A stretch of DNA of 32,000 nucleotides, taken from positions 13,314-45,313 of the forward strand of contig NZ_JOMF01000008.1 of assembly GCF_000711215.1 (NCBI RefSeq). Direction: 5' to 3'. Source of the stretch: Methanomicrobium mobile BP (lineage in GTDB: Archaea > Halobacteriota > Methanomicrobia > Methanomicrobiales > Methanomicrobiaceae). A program made the translations under genes and the position numbers. The notes beneath the pieces are model-generated. The model did not search any database, was not told where the DNA came from, and worked only from the letters and a program-made list of their open reading frames with translations. Positions 8,929 through 16,397 of the stretch are shown piece after piece (position 1 is the stretch's first letter; each line of letters begins with the position of its first letter).

Positions 8929-8947
8929 TCTATAAAATCATTATAGA
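8929..8947. promoter_or_regulatory. 7-bp perfect inverted repeat (tctataa-N5-ttataga) in the divergent RHH/lipoprotein intergenic region; candidate operator or TATA region
   Basis: 8929-8935 tctataa and 8941-8947 ttataga are exact reverse complements. Located ~75 bp upstream of the RHH start and ~80 bp upstream of the lipoprotein start. Confidence 0.3.
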
Positions 8948-9025
8948 ATACAATCGAGAGATATACACGTGGCATGAACGCGGGAACCGACACCGATTAT
9001 TAAGACAAATTTTGGAGATGAAATA

Positions 9026-9592
9026 ATGAAGATAAAAAGAACAATTTGCATAATATTGCTGTTGCTGACAATAACGGCATTAACCGCGGGGTGTATTTCC
9101 TCGACACGTACTGGTCAATCAGAGTCTCAGTATGTTGAGCCTGTGTATGTGGGATATGCTCAACCAAAAGAGGTTGTAGGTTCTATTGGAGAAATAATGA
9201 CCTCGAAATCTCCGACATACAACATTAACTGGGCTGTCACAGACAGGATCAGAGGTGCAAAGGCAAACGCAATCGTGGAAAGCGGAAACATGTTCAACAC
9301 AAAACCGTACAGCGGATATGAGTATCTTCTCTACAAAGTTATGGTAAAAAATGTAGGTACTGACAAATACACAATTTATCCTCCGACATGGGAAGCTTAT
9401 GCAGACGGCGTCGAGCAAACCCAAGAATGGGTAATATTGCCGGACAAATACGATGAACTAGGATACATTGACATAATGCCAGGTGCATCAACTTCCGGTT
9501 GGATCTGCACCCAAGTTCCAATCGGCTCATCGGTAAGGATATACTTTGAACCGCTCTTTTACGATGACGGAATGGTCTATGTTCCGATCTGA
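9026..9592 (+). CDS. Secreted/lipid-anchored protein, DUF4352-like Ig-fold
   Basis: Signal peptide MKIKRTICIILLLLTITALTAGC with a lipobox-like LTAGC. The mature part has the beta-rich pattern YEYLLYKVMVKNVGTDKYTIYPPTWEAY typical of DUF4352. SD-like GGAGA upstream. Confidence 0.6.
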   Translation: MKIKRTICIILLLLTITALTAGCISSTRTGQSESQYVEPVYVGYAQPKEVVGSIGEIMTSKSPTYNINWAVTDRIRGAKANAIVESGNMFNTKPYSGYEYLLYKVMVKNVGTDKYTIYPPTWEAYADGVEQTQEWVILPDKYDELGYIDIMPGASTSGWICTQVPIGSSVRIYFEPLFYDDGMVYVPI

Positions 9593-9619
9593 TCATATAT
9601 CAGACACATTACTTTTTTT
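9588..9619 (+). terminator. Hairpin (tctgat-catat-atcaga) followed by a T7 run, downstream of the lipoprotein gene
   Basis: 6-bp perfect stem at 9588-9593/9599-9604 overlapping the stop codon. Oligo-T at 9613-9619. Oligo-T tracts act as archaeal intrinsic terminators. Confidence 0.45.
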
Positions 9620-9730
9620 GTAAACTGCGACTCACTTCTTCAAAATCTGGCTTTTAAGAGGTAAAACAGTCAGTAAAATATTTAGAGAGAAACGGTTTGT
9701 TTGAACCGAGCCGCCCCTCATTGTGAGTGC

Positions 9731-11314
9731 CTACGCACTCTTTCCCTTCGTCTCCGCCGCCCACGAAAGCACAATCGCGATAAGAATCACGAAAATGGAC
9801 GCGGTAACGGCGCCGTTCATCATGACAAGGGCATCGTCGACACCCGCATCCTGAATATCGCTGAGGAAGATATTCTTCATAATCGCCACAATGCCGATGG
9901 ACACCGCCATACCCAGCATCCTCGTCGTCGAAAGCGTTCCCGAAGCCATGCTGTATTCCGTCTCCGTGACCGAATCCATGATGGCAGTGCTGTTTGGCGT
10001 AACAAAGATCGCAATACCGACACCGAAGAGAGCCTCGACGAGGATCATCTTCCAAAGCTCCACGGCAACGCCGCAGGTATAGAGAACGAGGAAACCCGCG
10101 GCAATAATCGCAAGACCCGTAACCGTCCCGTATCTCGGAGTAACACTCCTGATGAACCTGTCAATCAGATTCAGCAGTAAAACGCCGAAGCCCACCGCGG
10201 ATATCGTCGCCGCAATGCAGGCGGAGGTCAGCCACTCCACGCCCGGCATCTCGGCGCCGACGAAACAGGCAAAGATAAGCCCGGCAACGCCGACGCAGAG
10301 ACTCGGAACGAGAAGCTTCCCCGGGAGGAGATGATCGTAGAATCTGCCGACAAAAATCGTGAACAGAACCAGAACAAGTGCCTGAGTCGTCACGACAATC
10401 GCCCTCGGAAGTGCATCCGTAATACCCCAGACATTCGTAAGGAATATCGAGATGAGCGAACCCATCGAGTAGATGGCGACATAGTAGAGCAGGTTTGCGC
10501 CGTTGTTGAACGAAAACCTGCGGTTCTTAAGGATTAAGTCAATCGGCATAATCGGATTGGAATTCCTGCGCTCCCAGACCGTGAATCCCGCGAGAATCAC
10601 AAGACCGGCAATCAGCACGAAAAGTGCGGTCATGTCCGGCAGCTTCGAAAACCCGTAGAGCGCCATCGAGAGACCTGCGATGAAGAGAAGAGCGCCGACG
10701 CTGTCATAGCGTCCCGTATCCGTAACCCTGTCGCCGGGCACGAACATAACGGCAAGGAAGAGCGATACAAGCGCAATCGGGCAGAGAATCATATACACCG
10801 CCTGCCAGCCGAAGAAATCCGTAAGAACCCCCGCAAGAAGCGGACCCGCAAGCTGACCCAGGAAAACACCCGTCATCGCAATGCCAATCGCCGTTCCCCT
10901 GAGCTCAATCTCGACCGCGGACGAGAGCAGCGCGATTGCCGTGCCGAACATCAGCGCATTCCCGAGACCCTCGACGGACCTCATGAAGATGACCCACTCC
11001 CCCGTCGGAGAAAGCCCGATTCCGAGAGAACCCAGACCCAGAAGCAGAACGCCCAGACAGAAGAAGAACTTCTTGCTGTATTTATCGGCAAGTCTTGCCG
11101 CGGGAATCAGAAAAACGGTCGACGTCAGCAGATATACGGTCAGAATCCAGCCGTACATCTCCCAGTACAGGGCACCCTGCGGATACCCCAGACCCGAGAG
11201 CATGTTGGGAAGCGCGATATTTGTCGCATCCCCGATAAACGGCGGCAGAAAACACGCCATTGCCACGGTAACGGCAATAATTGTCTGTTTCAGACTGAGA
11301 TGCAGTTTCACCAT
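9731..11314 (-). CDS. Major facilitator superfamily transporter, DHA2 (14-TMS drug/H+ antiporter-like)
   Basis: 527 aa, about 14 hydrophobic segments. MFS motif A-like ARLADKYSKK between TM2/3. Motif C-like G-rich TM5 (GVFLGQLAGPLLAGVL). Confidence 0.9.
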   Translation of the reverse strand: MVKLHLSLKQTIIAVTVAMACFLPPFIGDATNIALPNMLSGLGYPQGALYWEMYGWILTVYLLTSTVFLIPAARLADKYSKKFFFCLGVLLLGLGSLGIGLSPTGEWVIFMRSVEGLGNALMFGTAIALLSSAVEIELRGTAIGIAMTGVFLGQLAGPLLAGVLTDFFGWQAVYMILCPIALVSLFLAVMFVPGDRVTDTGRYDSVGALLFIAGLSMALYGFSKLPDMTALFVLIAGLVILAGFTVWERRNSNPIMPIDLILKNRRFSFNNGANLLYYVAIYSMGSLISIFLTNVWGITDALPRAIVVTTQALVLVLFTIFVGRFYDHLLPGKLLVPSLCVGVAGLIFACFVGAEMPGVEWLTSACIAATISAVGFGVLLLNLIDRFIRSVTPRYGTVTGLAIIAAGFLVLYTCGVAVELWKMILVEALFGVGIAIFVTPNSTAIMDSVTETEYSMASGTLSTTRMLGMAVSIGIVAIMKNIFLSDIQDAGVDDALVMMNGAVTASIFVILIAIVLSWAAETKGKSA

Positions 11315-11414
11315 TATAGATCGGATTTATACCTGCCCGATAAAAAATGCGCCGATCCCTATCGAAAAAATGATCAAAATAATAATCGAAAAAACGATAA
11401 ATGCGGAACGCGGA

Positions 11415-13478
11415 TTAGAACACCACTTCCTTTCCGCTCACGCCGTCGATGAACAGAACTCTCTCGTCGTGCCCGCATGCCGCCGTAACCTTATAGACGG
11501 GATAATAAATCGTCTCAAACCCGACAATCTCCGAGGTCGCCTCTATAATCTTAAAGACCGTCCTCACATCGCCCTCCTCGACAAGCCTCTTCTCGACATA
11601 GCCGCCCTCAATCTCACCCATCTTCAGATCGATACTGACCTCGTGCGGCTTCATCGCCGGCAGATGAGTGTCGACAAGCGGCACATAGACGGGCTTCTCG
11701 GACTCGCCGAGCGTATCCGACTCCGTAATCAGCTTCTTATCCTTGAGAGTCGAGATGACCTTATCCACAATCTTCTTGGAATGCTTCGTCTCCGCCTCGA
11801 TCTCAGCGGCAGTCTCACCCTTTAGCGGCATGGTATCGAGAATCTCCACGCATGCCTCGTCAAGACCGACATACTCCTCGATAAACGACCTGTACTTCAG
11901 ACCGCCGTCGATATCGACTCCTTTGGCGTTTCTGCCGTCGATGAGATAGACCGTCTTCTTGGGACCCCTGCGCAGAATGCCGCCGATATACTTCACCGTG
12001 ACCTTCACAAGCGGAATATAAACCAGATCCGCCGACAAAAGCCTCTCTTCGGTGCCGAAACCGAACTTCTTCTTTTTAAGCCGTCCCGAGGCGCGGCTGA
12101 GAGCCTCCTCGCGTTCGAGAACCGGCAGAATCGCCTCCTTGTTGACGCGCTCGGCAACCAGCGGCTTTCCTTTGGCAGCGCCGACCCGCTTTGCCGGCTT
12201 CTTCTCCGCAGCCTCCGGCAGATCGGAAACCTTCTGCGCCTTATCCTTCTTCGCCGCCGCCTTAGAAGTCTTCCTCTTCGCGGGCGCCTTCTTCTCCGCT
12301 ACCTCGGGCAGAACCGTATCGCTTTCGTCGATTCCGCCCGCCTCCGTATTCCTCTTAGCAGACGACTCCCCGAAAGAGCCCGAAAAGTCATCGTCGAAGG
12401 AAGGCTCATCAGAATCGCCGATGAACTCGATAACGGAATCGGAACCGCGGTCGCCTTCCGTAATCTCGCCCGAATCACCGTCTATGATGCCGGAATCGAA
12501 ACCGTCAACTCCGTCCCCTCTCTCCGAAACATCGTCATAATCGGAATCGCCGTCGGAGAACTCCGAATCCGAGCCGTAATCGTAGTCCCCGTCCGCACCC
12601 TCATCGAAATCACGCGAATCTTCGGGAACGTCGAAAGAATCCTCCTCTTCCGGCAGCGGATCCTCCTCGGTCGAGATCTCGCGGTACTCGAGAAGGGGCG
12701 TCAGACCGCGGTGCTGGGTCTCGCGCCTTCCAAACCGCATTTTGGTCTTCTCGCGCACCAGATTGCCCATCACATAGAAATCGCCCGGGTTAAGCGTCGT
12801 AAGCTCCTCGACCTCCTGCTTCGAACTGAAGAAAAGCCCCACAGCCTTGAGATCGTTATCAATCGAGAGCTTGCCGATAATCTGGTTGTTGCACTGCGAA
12901 AGCACGTTCTTCGTCACAATCGCCGGACGCTGGGTTGCGACCATCAGTCCCAGACCCCTCTTCCTGCCCCTTCGCGAAATCTCCTCAATCTTCTTTATCG
13001 AGTCCTTCGACTGCGGAATGAACTTATCCGCCTCCTCGACAATGAGCAGATACGGCTTGCGCTGATCCGTTGCCACCTCGTAAAGCTCGTGAGTCATCTT
13101 CGAGACCCGCGGAATCATGTCAATCTCGGAGACGTCGTAGATAACCGGTCTGCTCTCGGCAACCGCCCTCTGAAGAATATGCCTTATATTGACCTTCTCG
13201 ATATCGTAGTCCATCCTGATATTGCCGGTTCTGGAATCTCCCCCTTCCGCACCGATCCACCAGATATTGTCGAACTTCTCCTTAAGCGAATAATACTCCC
13301 CCTCGGTATCGATAAGGCAGAAACCGATATTGTTCCTGCACATCTTCTCGCATAAAACGGCAATACTCCAGCTCTTACCCGCACCCGACTGCGCAATAAT
13401 ACAGGTTCTGCCGGTAACGAGCTCCTGTGCATCGACATAGAAGTCACGCCCCGCGGCTTTTCCGATCTTCAGTTCCAT
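11415..13478 (-). CDS. HerA/FtsK-superfamily (DUF87-type) P-loop ATPase fused to a long disordered linker and a C-terminal duplicated beta-module with an embedded wHTH-like segment
   Basis: Walker A IIAQSGAGKS (aa 27-36). Walker B LLIVEEADKF (aa 144-153). GLGLMVATQRP sensor region. aa 268-390 acidic low complexity. aa 391-440 Lys/Ala-rich basic. aa 441-687 structured-looking domain. Confidence 0.8.
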   Translation of the reverse strand: MELKIGKAAGRDFYVDAQELVTGRTCIIAQSGAGKSWSIAVLCEKMCRNNIGFCLIDTEGEYYSLKEKFDNIWWIGAEGGDSRTGNIRMDYDIEKVNIRHILQRAVAESRPVIYDVSEIDMIPRVSKMTHELYEVATDQRKPYLLIVEEADKFIPQSKDSIKKIEEISRRGRKRGLGLMVATQRPAIVTKNVLSQCNNQIIGKLSIDNDLKAVGLFFSSKQEVEELTTLNPGDFYVMGNLVREKTKMRFGRRETQHRGLTPLLEYREISTEEDPLPEEEDSFDVPEDSRDFDEGADGDYDYGSDSEFSDGDSDYDDVSERGDGVDGFDSGIIDGDSGEITEGDRGSDSVIEFIGDSDEPSFDDDFSGSFGESSAKRNTEAGGIDESDTVLPEVAEKKAPAKRKTSKAAAKKDKAQKVSDLPEAAEKKPAKRVGAAKGKPLVAERVNKEAILPVLEREEALSRASGRLKKKKFGFGTEERLLSADLVYIPLVKVTVKYIGGILRRGPKKTVYLIDGRNAKGVDIDGGLKYRSFIEEYVGLDEACVEILDTMPLKGETAAEIEAETKHSKKIVDKVISTLKDKKLITESDTLGESEKPVYVPLVDTHLPAMKPHEVSIDLKMGEIEGGYVEKRLVEEGDVRTVFKIIEATSEIVGFETIYYPVYKVTAACGHDERVLFIDGVSGKEVVF

Positions 13479-13601
13479 ATAATCCCCAATTATTAACGAT
13501 ATTTAGCACTCAAAACACTTTAAGAATACTGTTTCAATCGGAGTTGTCCGCAAGACCGCCGCCGCGTAAGCTATTTTGTCATAAAAGACAAAGTCATAAA
13601 A

Positions 13602-14177
13602 ATGTTTGCGCAGGACGACAGTCAGGTATATCAGCCCGAAAGAGACACCTATCTGCTCCTGAAATGCGCACTTGCGGACGCAAAACCCGCCGACACAATC
13701 ATCGAGATCGGCACGGGAAGCGGTCTCATCGCACATGAGATGAGCAAAATCTCGAAAAAGACCATTGCCGTCGATATAAACCCGCATGCCTGCATCGCCG
13801 CAAAAAAACTCGGCGTCGAGGTCATACGCTCCGACCTCTTCTCCGCACTCAAAAACAACCCAAAATTCACGCTCGTCCTCTTCAACCCGCCGTATCTCCC
13901 CACACGGCCCGAAGAGAGAATCGACGACTGGCTGGAATACGCCCTCGACGGCGGCACTGACGGCAGAAGCACGATAGAAAAGTTTGCCGACGGACTCGCC
14001 GCCGTAATGGACAGATACGGCAGATGCCTCCTCCTCATATCCTCGCTCACGGGGATAAACGAGGTCCCCGCATACTTCAAATCAAAAGGCTTCATCTCCC
14101 TCGTCATAGCCGAAGAACGCGTCGAGGACGAGACACTTTATGTCCTGCGGATAAGCCGCGACCTTTGCAGCCTTTAG
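13602..14177 (+). CDS. HemK-related SAM-dependent methyltransferase (archaeal PrmC/Mtq2-like, N5-glutamine class)
   Basis: SAM motif IIEIGTGSGLI and catalytic NPPY tetrapeptide (LVLFNPPYLP). 191 aa, matching the short archaeal HemK-related family. Confidence 0.8.
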   Translation: MFAQDDSQVYQPERDTYLLLKCALADAKPADTIIEIGTGSGLIAHEMSKISKKTIAVDINPHACIAAKKLGVEVIRSDLFSALKNNPKFTLVLFNPPYLPTRPEERIDDWLEYALDGGTDGRSTIEKFADGLAAVMDRYGRCLLLISSLTGINEVPAYFKSKGFISLVIAEERVEDETLYVLRISRDLCSL

Positions 14178-14216
14178 ACACGCAATAACGCGAAACCCGA
14201 TACGGAGTCAACCGAC

Positions 14217-14411
14217 ATGAAAATAATCCTTCCCGACAGGAAAACAATCGAAGAGGAACGCGAACCCGCGGTTATAAAAGACATTCTGGAAAGCCTCGGG
14301 ATCAACCCGGCATCGGTAATCGTCGCCAAAAACGGCAATATCGTACCCGACGACGTCATACTGGAAAATGCCGATGAACTCAAAATCATCTCCTTCGCAC
14401 ACGGCGGATAG
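14217..14411 (+). CDS. ThiS/MoaD-family ubiquitin-like small sulfur-carrier protein (SAMP/TtuB-like)
   Basis: 64 aa ending in ...ISFAHGG (C-terminal Gly-Gly). Sits 12 nt upstream of a TtuA/NcsA-type gene and near an E1-like gene. Confidence 0.8.
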   Translation: MKIILPDRKTIEEEREPAVIKDILESLGINPASVIVAKNGNIVPDDVILENADELKIISFAHGG

Positions 14412-14423
14412 GCGATATCAGCG

Positions 14424-15353
14424 ATGAACAACCCCAACCTCTGCAGCATCTGCGGAAAACCCGCCGCAGTCCGTCTCAATAACCCCGAGCGCAGGCTCTG
14501 TGCCGAACATTTCATCAAAGACGCCGAAGAACGCGTCTTTAAGGCAATCGACGCCGCGGAGATGATCCGCGAAGGCGACAGGGTCCTCGTGGGCTTAAGC
14601 GGCGGCAAAGACAGCACCGCCCTCATACTAATCCTCAGCGAATACGTCAAAACCCGTCCCGACGTAAAACTCATCGCCGTCACAATAGACGAAGGCATTG
14701 CCGAATACCGCGAAGATACAATAAAAGCCGCAGAGCGCCTCGTCGAGCATACCGGCGTCGAACACGGAATCATCTCCTTCACCGAACTCTTCGGCGACAC
14801 CCTCGACAGACTCGTCGCCGACCGCAAAAACCTCGCCTGCAGCATCTGCGGAGTCCTGCGGCGCCGTTCCCTGACCGAAGCCGCACGCCGCTTCGATGCC
14901 GACAGCATAGCAACGGGGCACAACCTCGACGACGAAGCCCAGTCCGTCCTCATGAACATGCTCCGGGGCGACAAACCCTCCCTGATTCAGGACAGCTCGC
15001 TCGGATACACGGGATACTTCGTCCCGCGGATAAAGCCGCTCGCCGTCCTCTCCGAGAAAGAGATCGTCACCTACATAATGCTCAAAGGCTTCTACACACC
15101 CCTGCCCGAATGCCCCTACGCCGTAACCGCGCTGAGGATGGAGGCAAGAAAGATAATAGGCACCCTCGAAGAGAGATACCCGGGCACAAAACTCAACATC
15201 GTCAGGTTCCGCGACGGCATCAGAAAACATGTCCCCTACTCGCCGAAAGGAACGAAAGGAAAACTCAACACCTGCAAAATCTGCGGAGAACTCACAAGCG
15301 GCGAGATATGTCAGGTCTGCCGCGTATTGAACAGGAAACAGAGCGATGAATGA
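14424..15353 (+). CDS. TtuA/NcsA (Ncs6/Ctu1)-family PP-loop tRNA 2-thiolation protein
   Basis: PP-loop SGGKDS. N-terminal CSICG...C..H and C-terminal CKICG...CQVC zinc ribbons. Internal CSICG plus ECPY cysteines, the Fe-S ligand pattern of this family. GHNLDDE motif. Confidence 0.85.
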   Translation: MNNPNLCSICGKPAAVRLNNPERRLCAEHFIKDAEERVFKAIDAAEMIREGDRVLVGLSGGKDSTALILILSEYVKTRPDVKLIAVTIDEGIAEYREDTIKAAERLVEHTGVEHGIISFTELFGDTLDRLVADRKNLACSICGVLRRRSLTEAARRFDADSIATGHNLDDEAQSVLMNMLRGDKPSLIQDSSLGYTGYFVPRIKPLAVLSEKEIVTYIMLKGFYTPLPECPYAVTALRMEARKIIGTLEERYPGTKLNIVRFRDGIRKHVPYSPKGTKGKLNTCKICGELTSGEICQVCRVLNRKQSDE

Positions 15354-15494
15354 AACGGCTGCACCCCGACTGCACTAAATTTATCGTATCAAAGAACAAT
15401 TCAGATATTATTCATCTCAAATCATAATCTCGGGAATCACACAAAGTAATATCCCGATAACGTCAGATAATACGCAATAAACGGGGGGAAAAAT

Positions 15495-16322
15495 ATGCCT
15501 GTAACGGACGATGCCGACAAACAACTGCTTCAAAATCTGAATAACGAACTCGGAAAATACAAAACACTGATAATTGCCTATTCCGGCGGAGTCGACAGCG
15601 CTTTTCTCTGTGCAACCGCGGTTAAACTGAACGAGATAAACGTAACCGGCGTCCTGCTGGACACTCCGCTCATGAAGAGATCCGAAAAAGATGCGGCTCT
15701 GCGCATCGCCGATGAAATCGGTCTCGACCTGAAGGTTGTCCGGTTCAACCCCACCTATATCGAGGGAATAAACACAAACACGCGGGAACGCTGCTACATC
15801 TGCAAAAAGGCGATGATAGATAAGATAAAGGAATACATCGCCGAAAACGCAATCGAAGAAGCCGCAATCGCCGACGGACTCAACCTCTCCGACAAGAACG
15901 AGTTCCGCCCGGGAATTCAGGCATCCAACGAGAGCAATGTCGTTCATCCGCTCGTCGACGCGAATTTCACGAAAGACGACATCCGCCGCGTCGCGGGAGC
16001 CCTGGGATACTCCTTCGCCGAGAAACCCTCGTCGCCGTGCCTTGCCACGAGAATTCCCTACAACACCCTCATCACCTTCAAAAATCTCAAGATGATCGAG
16101 GAAGCCGAAGATTTCCTCAACGGCATCGGTCTTGAGGACTGCCGCGTCCGCCTTCACAAAAATATCGCCAGAATAGAGGCGGAACCCGGGGATTTCCCCA
16201 CCCTTGTCGATAAGAGGGAAGAGATCGTAAGCCGCCTCAAAGACATGGGCTTCGTCTACATCTGCCTCGACCTTCAGGGATACAGAACCGGCAGCATGGG
16301 CGAAGAGCTGAACAAATCCTGA
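15495..16322 (+). CDS. LarE-family PP-loop ATP-dependent sulfur transferase (three-cysteine subclass)
   Basis: PP-loop YSGGVDS. FRPGIQA, SSPCLATRIPY, RVRLHKNIARIE and LDLQGYRTGSMG align motif-for-motif with LarE. Carries CYIC (CxxC) plus the CLATR cysteine. Confidence 0.85.
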   Translation: MPVTDDADKQLLQNLNNELGKYKTLIIAYSGGVDSAFLCATAVKLNEINVTGVLLDTPLMKRSEKDAALRIADEIGLDLKVVRFNPTYIEGINTNTRERCYICKKAMIDKIKEYIAENAIEEAAIADGLNLSDKNEFRPGIQASNESNVVHPLVDANFTKDDIRRVAGALGYSFAEKPSSPCLATRIPYNTLITFKNLKMIEEAEDFLNGIGLEDCRVRLHKNIARIEAEPGDFPTLVDKREEIVSRLKDMGFVYICLDLQGYRTGSMGEELNKS

Positions 16323-16361
16323 AAAAAGAAAAACGGATTATTTTTATTTTTGTAATTTTTT
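16321..16361. terminator. Bidirectional oligo-T/oligo-A terminator zone between convergent larE-like and E1 genes
   Basis: + strand T-runs tttttatttttgtaatttttt (16341-16361). The minus strand reads ccgtttttcttttttc at 16321-16336. Confidence 0.45.
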
Positions 16362-16397
16362 AGATTATTTTAGTTTATATCAGTTATTCGGTCTTTT

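Noticed and set aside
7269-8950. Shared 10-mer ttatagaata at 7269-7278 (upstream of the repeat protein) and 8941-8950 (RHH/lipoprotein intergenic region) as a common operator for the islet.
   Set aside because: In such AT-rich DNA, a single 10-nt match between two intergenic regions of a few hundred bp is plausibly chance. It also resembles generic archaeal TATA-box sequence. Kept only as a note under the palindrome finding.
7125-9650. Interpretation of the AT-rich islet as a prophage, integrative element or IS.
   Set aside because: There is no integrase, transposase, capsid or replication gene. I could see no terminal inverted or direct repeats. The islet is not adjacent to a tRNA gene. Only the compositional anomaly is supported.
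13575-13592. 6-bp inverted repeat tttgtc-ataaaa-gacaaa just upstream of the HemK-like start as a regulatory hairpin.
   Set aside because: The stem is short and AT-rich. The loop and arm also read as a TATA-like ataaaag about 20 nt before the ATG, so it is more simply the promoter of a leaderless or short-leader mRNA. There is no further support.
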